From Octopus bimaculoides (taxonomy: Eukaryota), in the NCBI RefSeq assembly GCF_001194135.2, contig NC_069005.1, positions 3,576,374 to 3,640,373 on the forward strand: a stretch of DNA of 64,000 nucleotides, in the 5' to 3' direction. The notes beneath the pieces were generated by a model that was given only the letters and a program-made list of their open reading frames with translations, was not told the DNA's origin and did no database searches. A program made the position numbers and the translations under genes. Of the stretch, positions 37,539 through 51,132 are shown one piece after another; position 1 is the first letter of the stretch, and the number at the start of each line of letters is the position of its first letter.

Positions 37539-37869
37539 GAAAGATCCAGTGATCGACATGTAGGAAAAAAGTTAGCTTCAAGCAATCCGTTGTAAATATG
37601 AAAAAAATACGTTTCAGGGACAATAGTGGTCTATTGGAATGGAAGGTAAAATCGTGTAAGTAAATATTTCATAAACGTTATATTTGATTAGCTTCTCTTT
37701 ACGTACTCTGTGACACAGAACTGGTGTGTGGCAAACTGGGATGACAAATACTACAGCATCACTGACTGGAATACACATTCTGTTCTGAATACTGTTTATT
37801 TATTTAGCAATTTATGTTTACAATGTCTTTCTCTGTCTCTCCCTTCCTCCCGTTCTCTCTGTCTCTCTC

Positions 37870-37911
<42 letters not shown>

Positions 37912-39262
37912 AACCACGCAATCTCACACACTGCAAAATCTCTCCCTTTGTGTGTTGATTTATTTATGTATGGATGTATGTATCTTTGTATGTAAGTACA
38001 TATGTACGTGTGTATGTACGAATGTACCTACACACACATACGCTTATGTATATAAACATCCCCGTGAATGCTTCACGTATGCGTTTACATGTAGATGTGT
38101 GTTTTTGTGTGTGTTGCAGTCTAGGAGTCAACAACATGTATGTGCTGAGAAAATGAGTGGAATGGAGGCGTAAGTAGGAAATAGCGGAAAAATAGAACAC
38201 ACAATAGAACACTTTGCAACAACTCAGAGGTTTTTGCAGCAGTACATGTGGATAAAGTCTTGAATTATCATACAAATGTAAAATAACGATGATATACATA
38301 TATATATTTGTGTGTGTGTGTGTGTGTGTGCGTGTGGTCGCGTGCGCCTGTGTGTAACTATTCCATTTGCGATGTTCTATCTTTTCAACATTTTTACTGA
38401 ACAGAAAGCTTTCAATATTTTAGTGTGAGCAAATTGAGTTTTTGAATGAGACATCAATGAGACATAAAAAGAATTTAAAAAATATACATAAATATCTAAC
38501 ACACAATATAACAGAAACTCTATAGATTTTTTTCTCCCCTTTAAATTCCTGCGTTTGCCTAATACATTCGACGATGTACTTGTTTCTCGTTTTACTTTCT
38601 GAAATTTATTTTTAAAATCTCTGTTTCTTTCTCAGTGTTGTTCATTTCTACAATTGAATACGATATTGGATTTCTGGTGGGAATAACCATTTAAAGTCAT
38701 TTCAGTTTTATATTTTAAATATAGATTTTAAGAATCGAAGTGGTTTTAAAGAAATGATAGAGTTTATGTTACTCATGGCTGATTTCTAAACGTATTGTAT
38801 TTGTGCGTGCTTCTTACTAGCTATTTTTTTTGTGTGTATGTATGGGGTGGGAAATGATGGAAAGAAGATGTCTTCTTTGAAAGTTTCTTTTCCTTCTATT
38901 TTATCCAACACATTTTGGTTAGTTCTGAGCGCAAAACTTAGTAATACATTTTTATGATAACAAAATGCATAATAAATTTTTTCCCAAATAGTGAATGAAT
39001 TACCAATATCGGTAAAACAGCATACAAATATTGTGCAACTTTGTAAGGGACAGAGGTAGAAAAAGAATTTGAAAACTCTGGGCTGCATGAGATAGATAAT
39101 GGCGACGAGGTTCCTCGGCGTTGAATTTACCATGTATATTTTCGCGATCGATAAACTTAGGAACACCTAAATCCTACGTTTTATTTGAATAGACATTAAA
39201 AATAGAAAGATAGTAAGGTCCCTTCCCGAGTCATATTGGATTTGAGCAACATGTAATTCAGA

Positions 39263-39362
39263 GTTTTGCTCAAGAACATAACGGGTTGCCCTATCCAGGA
39301 ATCTAAACCGCAAACTTACGATTATGAGTCCAACACTCTAATCACTAAGGTACACGCTTCCA
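39263..39362 (-). mobile_element. SINE family D/E head
   Basis: Reverse complement gives ggaagcgtgtaccttagtgattagagtgttggactcataatcgtaagtttgcggtttagattcc..gttatgttcttgagcaaaac, like the 39645 head. Confidence 0.7.
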
Positions 39363-39644
39363 AAATGATACTCTGCCCTCACCCTCAGATAATTCTTGGA
39401 AGTAAAGAAAGTATTTTAAGATTGTTATTATTTACATCCCATTCTAAATCAGTCTTCCCAGGTCAATTTTCGGATTTGAATAATTATGTTTACTTTGTGG
39501 TAAACCCTATATTAGGTCATAGTTATAGTAATACTGGAATTGTTGCCGGTGATGGTATCAAAACTGCCAGTTACGCAGCATCAACAATGGCAGTTCACAC
39601 CAAATTTCATGCTTACAAGTTTCGTTTATCCTTTACTGGTAGTG

Positions 39645-39951
39645 AAAGCGCGTGTGTTATTGGGTAGCATATTCAGCTCACGATCGTGGGTCGTGTGTTC
39701 AATTTCCGGAAGTGCGTTGTGAACTTGAGCAAGACACTTTATTTCACATTGCTCCAATGTACTCTACGGGAAAAATGAGTTGTACCCATAATTGAAAGTT
39801 CCAGCGTTGCCACATTCTGCGTCACATTGAGTCTCCTGAAGAACTACATTATGGGCACTCGTGTCTCCGGAGTAATCAAACACTAACACCTTAATTTCCT
39901 TGATAGGTTGTTCCGTTGACCTGATCAACTGGAAGTTTCGCTGCCATAACC
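39645..39951 (+). mobile_element. SINE family D, near full length
   Basis: tRNA-like head (gtgttcaatttcc B-box-like), cttgagcaagacactttatttcac box, 3' part gttgttccgttgacctgatcaactggaa shared with 54697-54864. Confidence 0.8.
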
Positions 39952-40479
39952 TATTTAGAATACGATGAGTCAAAACAGCTAGTGTAAATATATTTTTCAA
40001 ATTCTGTAACGACTCGGCCAAAGCTCGAAATAATCACACGAGGAAACAAATACAGCTGCCACTATTTTGCATTACTTATCCTACATTCTTTAGGTGAAGT
40101 ATAAAAACATTAAATTTCAAAGGAGTTAGAAATGAAATGATGTTGTGACATTCATGCTTGTATATAAAATATCAGCAATGTATGCAAAGTAGAAAATAAA
40201 AATAAAATGATGTCCGTTACGTCAGGGACAGAAATGAACATCGAAGCCTGTAGCCAGTGAGAGATTTCTGTTGGTTATACAGTGATGACATGATGAGAAT
40301 TGGCTGTGTGACTCTCGATCACTTTATTTCCTTGCAATGCTGAGCTGGTTGACGATAGTTAATTGTAAACACATCGTATAATCAAACTGACTGGAAATAT
40401 TTCTAATAGAATCCATCCTTCTGAAATGATTAGGATTTATGATGTTCAAGAGTTGGTTGGTGTGAGAAACGCTTTATTA

Positions 40480-41000
40480 CGTGCCATCGTCGTCATCAGC
40501 ATCGTCGTCATCAGCATCGTCGTCATCAGCATCGTCGTCTCTGTCGTCATCATTATCAGGATGGGCGCCGTTGTCATTATCATCATCATTGCTACCGTCA
40601 TGCACTTAAAAACGTCATCACCGACATCATCAAGATCAATAACAGCACAACCAACATCATTGTCACCATCATCATCGTCCTCGTCTTCTTCATAATCATA
40701 ATGATGATGATGATGGTCATCATCATCATCATCATCAACGTCATCATCACTAGCACCACCAACTTCAGCAACGTCATCACCGCAATTACCACGACTATCA
40801 ACTTCATCCTCAGTCACCATCAACATCGTCGTCATGATCACCACCACCATCACCAACGCACTGCCATCTCCATCGTCGCCATTATCGCTACAAACAAATC
40901 GACTATCAACATGATCGTCAACATCACCAATACAGCCACCACAACCACCACCATCACATCTGTCCTAATCCACATCATCCTCATTGCACTCGCTCATAAA
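40480..41000. repeat. Degenerate (ATC/GTC/ACC)n trinucleotide region including a 15-bp unit catcgtcgtcatcag x ~4
   Basis: Directly visible; produces Ile/Thr/His-rich and Asp-rich pseudo-ORFs. Confidence 0.9.
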
Positions 41001-41084
41001 ACTTTCTATAACATGAATAATATAATTCCAAGAATGAATAAATGTACGAAACACAGAGAAGAATGGAAGGAGAGAGGGAGCGAG

Positions 41085-41128
<44 letters not shown>

Positions 41129-41342
41129 TGAGGTCATGCACACATATTACTGTAAATACATCTTACAATCGTTGCTTTATATCTGTCTGATCTACTTTAA
41201 ACAGCATCCCTAGTAAATAATACAATCCGCATTTGTCGTTGTTCGGTAGTCCTGGTTCATTTCGATTTAACAAAGAAATGATTAAAAGATTTCTAGAAGC
41301 GAGCAGTCTATCTTTTTGCGTATGTGTATGTTCGTAATTGTT

Positions 41343-41432
41343 TAGACGCAGGCTTTGCTGTGCGGTGAGAAGCTTGCTAATCAACTACATGGTTCTGGGT
41401 TCACTCCCACTGCGTGGAACCTCAGGCAACTT
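41343..41432 (+). mobile_element. SINE family B head fragment
   Basis: gctgtgcggtgagaagcttgct..gggttcactcccactgcgtgg. Confidence 0.85.
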
Positions 41433-41706
41433 TCTTCTTCTTATTATTATTGATGATAATAATAATAGTCACTGAATATTCGTTCCGATTTTCCGCTTTA
41501 TTCTCTTTGTTTACTTTTTTATTTTTTCAATTTTTTTCGTTTTGCTTTTCTTCCCCCTTTTCTTTGTAAATGGACAATTTGTTGTGTTTGTTTTAATGAC
41601 CTTCAGTGCGTTACTCTGCCCTAGGTATCAGGAATACACTCTGTGACAAATGGAAACGGAATTGAAAGATGATAATAGAAATATAATAATAATAATAATA
41701 ATAATA

Positions 41707-41815
41707 TTTAGGCGGCGGGCTCGCATGATTGTTAGTATGTCGGATAAACTGCTAAGCGTCAATTAATCTTTATTCACATCCTAAGTTCACATTGCCTTTC
41801 ATTCTATCGAGAGCA
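41707..41815 (+). mobile_element. Diverged SINE family A fragment
   Basis: aggcggcgggctcgcatgattgttag head and ttgcctttcattc core. Confidence 0.55.
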
Positions 41816-43169
41816 AAATCTTTAGCAGTTTCACGTGGTTGTGTACAAAGTCATGATAATGGAATTGTGATAGTTATTGCAGATCATCACGGCACAGACT
41901 ACTCTTCTCCTGTATGCAAATGTTTTCTACTCTTCCATGCCAACAACAAATATAAAACAGATATATAAGATATCGTCGAATTTAGCCTGAACACCCTTTC
42001 TGAGTGTGTGTATATATATATATTTAACACATATCTTTCCTCAGAATACGCAGAGCAAAGGTAGCGAGAAACAGACAAATATTCAATACAGTCACTGTGC
42101 AGTGATAATAGGTGTTGTTAGTCGGGTTACTGGTCGACTTGTAATGCCACCTTTCCAAATGTCCATGAAGGTCAGAGAGAAAAATACAATCATTTGAGGA
42201 TAGGAAATTTGATTGATATAATGACAGCTAACAAATCTATGAGAAATAGAAGAAAAACGGAACATAGACAACTAAATAATGAAAACTGCGAAGAGTAAAG
42301 TTGAGAGCATCTCTTTGTTTGGACAAGTGAATAATAAATAGTGGTAAATCGTCAAGCAAAGCTTATGATCAATCATTATATGGAAACGTTGGAAAATTTG
42401 GATAATGCAGTACGGAACGCACTGTTCGACAAGAAAACACTCTATTGTCATGAATGGAAAGTAATTTTGATCGTTTGTGTACCTGCTTTACTGGGTCTGA
42501 CCAAGAGATAAAAATACAAAACTCGAACGTGAAAATAACAAAAACAACAACAGGAAAAGCACAAACATAACCAGGATAAACCGCATCCAGTGGCAATACG
42601 CTCAACCATTTCATAAGCTGATTAATCTAGTTTTTAAGATCAAAGACTATACATGTTAATAACATACATTACAGCACGCTATCAGCATATCAGATCCCAT
42701 GCTGCTAAATTGCGTGGACGATAAGAGCAATGAATCATGGAATGGAGTATATTATAAATAGCAAAGTAAATAAACGACATCACTTAAGGATTTCTTTTTC
42801 TTCTTTTTTTTTTAATTCTACTGTGTGGTTTTGTTGTTTTTATTTTTTTAACGTCAGATATGGAGATGATTAATTGAAGTAAAAAGCAGCAGTTGAACTC
42901 ATAATTGGTATATTTCTGACGCAGGGACGCTGACCCTAAAGGTTTATATGCTGTATCTTTGGTTAATCTCTATATCAGTAAAGCTTACCTCCTTGTTTTC
43001 AATTAGGTGGCATGAAGTATCGAGTACCTGGCAAACTGTTAGGCAATTATTATTATTATTATCAGTATTGTTGTTGTTGTTATTACCCTTATTATTATTA
43101 TCATTATTTTTGATATTATTATTATTATATGTACATACTAATATGCACAAGCACACACGTAAGCAGACA

Positions 43170-43233
<64 letters not shown>

Positions 43234-43648
43234 NNNNNNNNNNNNNNNNNNNNNNNNNNNNNNNNNNNNNNNNNNNNNNNNNNNNNNNNNNNNNNNNNNN
43301 NNNNNNNNNNNNNNNNNNNNNNNNNNNNNNNNNNNNNNNNNNNNNNNNNNNNNNNNNNNNNNNNNNNNNNNNNNNNNNNNNNNNNNNNNNNNNNNNNNNN
43401 NNNNNNNNNNNNNNNNNNNNNNNNNNNNNNNNNNNNNNNNNNNNNNNNNNNNNNNNNNNNNNNNNNNNNNNNNNNNNNNNNNNNNNNNNNNNNNNNNNNN
43501 NNNNNNNNNNNNNNNNNNNNNNNNNNNNNNNNNNNNNNNNNNNNNNNNNNNNNNNNNNNNNNNNNNNNNNNNNNNNNNNNNNNNNNNNNNNNNNNNNNNN
43601 NNNNNNNNNNNNNNNNNNNNNNNNNNNNNNNNNNNNNNNNNNNNNNNN

Positions 43649-43702
<54 letters not shown>

Positions 43703-44261
43703 GCATATATGCCATTACTGCAGCGAAAGTAAAAAAAATACAAAACTACATTTTCCCTTCTTATGAAGTTATGGGTGTAATATTATTGGATTAGTTGAGG
43801 AAATATCCCATTGATTTATAGATTAAAGGGTTGGCTTTTACAAGGCTTAACTGAAAGTAAGGAAAATGAGTATTCTATAATGTTAGCTTTGCCAATAGAG
43901 CAAAGAGAGATCATTTCAATTTGGCGCATGTTTTTCTTCTACTATATTACGGGTCTCCGTATATGTAGCTGTGTGGGTATGTAGCACAAGTGTAAATGTT
44001 GTCAATCAGGAACCCCCGAGGAGGAGTAGATAAAGAGGAACACTTTATGTGTAAGGGGATGATTAATGGCCCCAGCGTGTAAAAGGCAGCATGTTTGAAG
44101 AGAAGTGACTATTAAGAATCCAGATATGAATTATCTGAAGGAATTGCAGTTTGTCAGTAATTGAAAGGAACTGCCCATCGCTTTTGATTTATTACGCGGT
44201 TCTTGAGTCTTACCATACCAAACCATTTCCCACCTACTTCGCGAACAACACTCACACTCAT

Positions 44262-44310
<49 letters not shown>

Positions 44311-44935
44311 NNNNNNNNNNNNNNNNNNNNNNNNNNNNNNNNNNNNNNNNNNNNNNNNNNNNNNNNNNNNNNNNNNNNNNNNNNNNNNNNNNNNNNNNNN
44401 NNNNNNNNNNNNNNNNNNNNNNNNNNNNNNNNNNNNNNNNNNNNNNNNNNNNNNNNNNNNNNNNNNNNNNNNNNNNNNNNNNNNNNNNNNNNNNNNNNNN
44501 NNNNNNNNNNNNTATATATATATATATGTATATATATAAAGATACATAGATAGATATGTATATATGTACATGTACATATATTTATATTACACTCATGTAT
44601 GTATATGTAATATCCATTAATATTCGTACAGTTTAATAACGTTGTTAGTTTGTAACGGTGTCTATGTATTTGCGGAAAAGTAATAGAAAGGGACAGAGAG
44701 AGAGAGAGAGAGAGAGAAAAACAAGAAAAAGGTTTTTAAAAATATTGACGGAGTGCGAACGAGAGTAAAAGTACGTGTGTGTGTGTGTGTGTGTGTGCAA
44801 GCGCGAGCGTGTGCGTTTGTGTGTGTGTGCGCGTGGGGACGCAAGTTTTGGTGAGTATGTAAACAAATACATTTCAATGATATATTATGAAAGAACTGTT
44901 CGTATTTTATAGTTCACCCATCAAATATTTCTGAC

Positions 44936-44987
<52 letters not shown>

Positions 44988-45217
44988 CGCACGCGTGCGT
45001 ATATAAACACGCTGAAATCAGTACAAACTTTCTGTTCTCTCAACGCCAGACACCATTTGCCAGCAGGGAAGCAGAATTCGGGCTTCTTTATATAAATATT
45101 GCATGATCTAATAACATAGACCATTAGGGGTGGCATTATGATTTGCACGTATTTCTTCATTATATATCCGTAATGAATAAACACCTGTAACCGTATTGTA
45201 TGTAAATATATTCTATT

Positions 45218-45410
45218 GTTCTTTTATTCTTTTTACTTGTTTCAGCAATATCACGGCAACCATGCTGGACCACCACCGTAATAGGATTTTACCCGAAGAA
45301 ATCAATCTCAGGATTTATTCTTTCTAAGCGTAATACTTAATCTATCGTTATTTTGTGCCGAAGTACTAAATTACAGGGTCGTAAACACACCAACATCGGT
45401 AGCCATGCAA
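45218..45410 (-). mobile_element. SINE family B 3' body
   Basis: cttttacttgtttcagc..catgctgga..gtaaacacaccaacatcggt. Confidence 0.75.
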
Positions 45411-45466
45411 GCGCTTGTGGGATCAACCACGAATACACACACACACATAAAGACATGCTTACACAG

Positions 45467-45501
<35 letters not shown>

Positions 45502-45627
45502 NNNNNNNNNNNNNNNNNNNNNNNNNNNNATATATGTTTGATTTTAATCACCCATCCTTTTTGGGATGCGATATTCGGGTGCCTTCGCATAAGTACCATA
45601 TTCAAGCCTTGAATCTATATCTAAACC

Positions 45628-45664
<37 letters not shown>

Positions 45665-46164
45665 GGCCCACACACATGCACACTTTCGAGCTGTTTTTGT
45701 GTGTCGTGTAGGTATTTGGGATGAGTATCTTAACGTCAGAGCCGATGAAAGATTTCTCAACCAAATACGTCCAGCCATGTCCATCATGTCTTCCTGTTAG
45801 GGACTGGAGAGCTTCGAACCGATTATCCGTTTGTCTAGCTATTACGTTACGTTCATATATATATATATATATTCATTCCTAAAAAGTAGATCCACTTATT
45901 TCGGTTAGTGAATTACTCACCAATATACCAATACGAGCGCCCCTCAAGGTAAACATTCTCTGGGAATGCACAAAAGCTCTTTTCAAAATTATATACTTTG
46001 AATTGTTATTATCAAATTTCTGATTAGCCCGTTGTTACGTAACATGCTTTACGATTTTAGTATCCATAGCTTATTAGAATTTTCTCCTAAGTTTTATATA
46101 CTCTGGGAACGCATTGAATCCCTTATTGTGGCCACTGTATTCGAATTCTTACTATCGGATAAAT

Positions 46165-46300
46165 AATTTCATGTTATTGCATAACTGACTTTACACTTTG
46201 GGTATTCATAATTTATTAGGAAAGCCTAAAAGCAAGGACCTCTGTAAAACAGTTTGGTATTCGCTGTAAATGCACAAAGACCGTTTTAAGGGTTACATAC
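46165..46300 (+). repeat. Unclassified interspersed repeat, inverse homologue of 63540-63680
   Basis: taatttcatgttattgcataactgact..tttgggtattcata..acagtttggta..ctgtaaatgcacaaa..ccgttttaaggg shared. Confidence 0.8.
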
Positions 46301-46372
46301 TATGCTTTGATGTATGTATATTTATGACCTATATATACCGTTCTTTTTGTGTATGTGTGCATATATGTATAA

Positions 46373-46418
<46 letters not shown>

Positions 46419-46423
46419 ATAAA

Positions 46424-46466
<43 letters not shown>

Positions 46467-46559
46467 TTATACATGCATATTTATATATGCCTGTGTGTGT
46501 GTGTGTTTGTGTGAATACACACACGCACACATATATATAATCTCATAGAATCCTTTTTG

Positions 46560-46860
46560 CGTCTCCATGTACCTCCTTGCGACAATGTAGCCTTTAATCT
46601 AATCAAGTGATACTCGGCCTGAAAAGTAGCCAATGGTACACATCTCACTCGGATTTTAGCACTTCTGAGATTTCACTCGATATTAATCATAAGTAGTCCT
46701 GATTTTCCCTACTCCATTGCTTAACCCTTACATAATTTTCTTCGCACATACGGCAACCCTGTTCACTTACAGTGGAATGTAAATAGCACTTCTTCTTTTC
46801 TGCTCATCGTTCTTCGCAATCATCCGTTTCAGCATACCACTATTGTTCCTGAAATTTGTT
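46560..46860 (-). mobile_element. Possible decayed L1/Tx1-like 3' fragment
   Basis: Frame LHSTVSEQGCRMCEE (46738-46783) resembles the zinc-knuckle entry seen at 3579 and 20600. Confidence 0.3.
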
Positions 46861-46933
46861 CCTTCTTTTTATTTACTATGTATTGCATAAATCTAACTTT
46901 CTTTCTAAACATCGATCCATGGATCTTACATTC

Positions 46934-46964
<31 letters not shown>

Positions 46965-47365
46965 TGTATGTATNNNNNNNNNNNNNNNNNNNNNNNNNNN
47001 NNNNNNNNNNNNNNNNNNNNNNNNNNNNNNNNNNNNNNNNNNNNNNNNNNNNNNNNNNNNNNNNNNNNNNNNNNNNNNNNNNNNNNNNNNNNNNNNNNNN
47101 NNNNNNNNNNNNNNNNNNNNNNNNNNNNNNNNNNNNNNNNNNNNNNNNNNNNNNNNNNNNNNNNNNNNNNNNNNNNNNNNNNNNNNNNNNNNNNNNNNNN
47201 NNNNNNNNNNNNNNNNNNNNNNNNNNNNNNNNNNNNNNNNNNNNNNNNNNNNNNNNNNNNNNNNNNNNNNNNNNNNNNNNNNNNNNNNNNNNNNNNNNNN
47301 NNNNNNNNNNNNNNNNNNNNNNNNNNNNNNNNNNNNNNNNNNNNNNNNNNNNNNNNNNNNNNNNN

Positions 47366-47406
<41 letters not shown>

Positions 47407-47713
47407 ATACAAACCTATCTAGGGGTGGTGAAGAACACATATTGATAAATACATAGAGAAGAGATGCTGCGATAAAAATCACAGTTGGGTTGGCGCCAGC
47501 AGAGCCATCAAATCGAGATATTGGCAACAGCTACAGACTGTAATGCATAAATGCATTCATCTAGTGACATTTCCTAGTGATTTATACCACTCTAATTTAG
47601 AATCAAAATACTTTCCATAATAGATATCAAACAACGCAATAAATATGCGCCCTTAATAGACACACATACACATTCATTCATGCAAACACATTATATATAT
47701 GTCTGTATGTTTG

Positions 47714-47751
<38 letters not shown>

Positions 47752-48414
47752 TAGATAGATATAGGCACTCACAATTGAGTTATGTTTATTATCTGCGCTA
47801 TCTTATTAATTACATTTGATAACCAATTTCCTCAGCCTGCTATATATTACAACTGGCTGGTTTTTAGAAAATGTTTTAATTTATATATTTTGTTTCGTTA
47901 ACTTATCATTATTAATTAAGTTTAGGCATTACATATTACTCATAATTACTGCGTGAATTTATTATCTGTATTTCTATCCTTAATTGCGTACTTCCGTCTC
48001 GAATATTAATCCAGTCAACCTCTTTCTTGTTCTTTCTATTTTTGTTATTTCTTGGGACTTTGTGTTGTGTATTTTTCTATCTCTGACTTAATAAACATTT
48101 GTGAAACGTATATGTAGGATCTCCGGCTGCACACATATGGAGCATACGCAGTCACAAAGAAACGATATACCCAAAACATATATATTTCGAAAAATTGCTG
48201 CATTAAGAGAGTAGAATGATCTGTCAGGCGTAGCAGTTATTTACCCCTCAATTCAAATTATATTTGTGTGTACGAGGAAGAACTCGGTGGATAATAATAT
48301 AAGATAGAGCAAAGACCGACAGGACATAGTTATTTTCAAATCAAACATCTGTTGAATTACGATGGACATGAGACTAATCTATTACAATAACATTGCATAT
48401 TCGAAATTCAGGTT

Positions 48415-48537
48415 ATCGAACCCGAAAGAGCGAAAGGTAAATTAGAACTCGGCGGAATTTGAACTCAGAACGTAATGAGGGACGAAATTTTGCTAAATGT
48501 GTTACCCGGGGTGTTAACGATTCGGCCAGTTCACCAT
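48415..48537 (-). mobile_element. SINE family A, diverged, tail missing
   Basis: ctcggcggaatttgaactcagaacgtaa..ttaacgattcggccag. Confidence 0.8.
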
Positions 48538-48544
48538 TTTTATA

Positions 48545-48740
48545 TGTTCTTTTCTACTCTAGGGGAGGGTATCAGTCGATTTCATCAATCTCAGTACGCA
48601 ACTGGTATTTAATTTATCAACCCTGAAAGGATGAAAGGCAAAGTCGACGTCGGCGGAATTTGAACGCAGAACGTAAAGACAGTCGAAATACCGCTAAGCA
48701 TTTCGGCCTGCGTCCTAACGTTTCTGCCAGCTCAGTGCCT
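48545..48740 (-). mobile_element. SINE A1
   Basis: ttttctactctagg tail, core, head gtttctgccagctc. Confidence 0.9.
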
Positions 48741-49354
48741 TTGATTGCTATATTAGTAACTACAACACTACTGAGAACAAATGTCATAGACAGCGACAGA
48801 TATTTCGGAGGTACACAATTCTAACCACTATACCCAAAGTAGGACAATATATGCCTCCTACTTATGGAAATTACACAGAAGGTACAATACCTATTGGTAC
48901 TTGCATTTCCGTTTCATCATTTATTGAAAGCCGGGTTTTCAACAATAAGGCATCTTCAGTATTTTACACATACTTACATATTCCAGTAATAATAGTATAG
49001 ATGATGAGTGCAAATCGAAGGAATTTAATAATATATCTCTGATTCGTTAACGAAAATTACTGCAATGAAACGATGGACAGCCTCAGGGCTTGAAATGCAG
49101 AACAATGCCTCAATTTTCATTAAATCGGTATCTTGCTGTGATACCTGGTTTATATGCTGGCCACTGCTCAAAAACTTTCCCATTGCTCTTCAATTTATAT
49201 CATATAATGTGTGCAAATGCACAGATGCACAGCGTATGTATATTATATATGTGTATATATATGTGTGTGTGCGTCTACGCCTACGTGTAAATAACACGGA
49301 GAATTATATATATATAGAGAGAGACTTATGTGTGTATATCTTTCTCTGTGTCCT

Positions 49355-49438
<84 letters not shown>

Positions 49439-50189
49439 TACAGAGACACTCATATGTGTTTGTGTGTGTGTGGGGGGGAAGAAAGAGTAGGAAAGTTAGA
49501 TATAGAGAGAGAATATTTGTATTATATAGATAGAGGTGTTGCCTCTATGCATAGTGAAATTCTCTGAATTTACTTTGACAATTAAGTATTTAGATGATAT
49601 AGACTGTAAAAGGGCGAATTCAATGCTTCACTTAATTTTTATGGTTCTTCCTGAGCTTTAATCCTACAAGGGTTCATTATTCGATTAATCTTTCCGTGAC
49701 GCAAGAATTTAATCAACTCTAATATAGAAGGATCGATTGATTCATTTAAATAATATACGCCTATCATCAGAAACATTAGCATTCAGCTTAGCTGCCATTA
49801 CAATAGTTCTCCGAAGAGAAAGCTAAATAAATATCTAGAACTGGCTTAACTTTTCAATTAATGTAATTTGAAGAGGTGACGACCGTCTCAGAAACAATAG
49901 TTAATTTGAGACCATTACACCGACCCGCAATAGAGTTGTATATTTATTCACAAACAGCAAGGGTTCTGTTGGTGTGTGTTGTTAGTTGTGTTGGTAAATG
50001 CACTGATGTAGCTGGAGCTGTTATTTTTGTTTAACCACAAGTCAATCCTGTTTTGATTCAACACATTAGAAATACACACCATTGTTTCAAATTATATTTA
50101 TTCATATTATATATTTATATTAGCCATGCTGGAGCGCTGAAATCTACAAGTTTTGTTTTTTCATTCCCCCTCTGTTTATTTTCTCTTAT

Positions 50190-50265
50190 TCTTTTCTCTT
50201 GAAGAGCTAAGCTCGAAACTTAAACACCGTTTTTCAGTTTCCCGAGCGTCAAACTAAGGTGTATA
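50190..50265 (+). mobile_element. Penelope-type repeat fragment with hammerhead-like motif (same family as 30781-30840)
   Basis: ctcttgaa-GAGC-taa-GCTC-GAAA then tttcccgagcgtcaaa, shared with the reverse complement of 30781-30840. Confidence 0.55.
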
Positions 50266-50511
50266 AATACTAACGTGCGACCATTTCAAATATGCTGCAG
50301 GCATATTCGAACACGTAAAATAGACTTTCATTGTATTTTGTCAGAGAGAAAATTTCTCGTAGTAGACAAATAGGTGGTAATGCATCGAGTCTATTACGAG
50401 CGTTCCGAAATGTAGCGAGCAATCATAATCGTTAGTACACTGGGCAAAATTCTGATTATCGGCGGCATTCGTCCGGGATTAAGTTCGAGCAGGTAATATA
50501 TTATTTTGAAA

Positions 50512-50728
50512 AGCGGCGAGCTGGCAGAAGCGTTAGCACGCCGGGTGAAATGCTTAGTGGTATTTCGTATGTCTCCACGTTGTGAGTTCAAATACCGCCG
50601 AGCTCGACTTTGCCTTTCACCCTCTCGGAGTCGATAAATTAAGTACCAGTTGCGTATTGGGATCGATCTAACCGAGTGGCCCCCTCCTCCAAAATTTCGG
50701 GCCTTGTGCGTAGAGTAGATAAGAATAT
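50512..50728 (+). mobile_element. SINE A1, full length
   Basis: gcggcgagctggcagaagcgttag head, gagttcaaatacc, core, atttcgggccttgtgcgtagagtaga tail. Confidence 0.92.
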
Positions 50729-51132
50729 ATTACGTTTGGAAGTTAATAATTATGTTAATAATTTTAGAGAAAACTGTGAAATACGATAAATTATAAATAA
50801 AAAGAATTATAGATAAAAACAATTAAGATATATGGTTCGAGAGCAGGAATAAACCGAAAATGAATGGTCGGGGAGTGTTGACACCAGTACTCAAATTACT
50901 AAAGACAATGGCAGAAATCGCGGAATGGAACACAGAACGTAAAGAGCCGTAGTGCTGCCAGACATTTTGTGCAACACCCAGAGGTAGTATTAGCAGTAGT
51001 TGGTGGTGGCAGTGGGTGATGCAAGCTCCTGTCCAATGACTTAGAATGGAAGAAATTGCGATGATGTTCTATGCACATACGCTTCGTATTTTATTTAATT
51101 TTAATGGTTAGCTTCTAACTTTATTCTATCAG

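Noticed and set aside
45708-45795. Exon-like IWDEYLNVRADERFLNQIRPAMSIMSSC*
   Set aside because: Short, no donor, no homology recognised.
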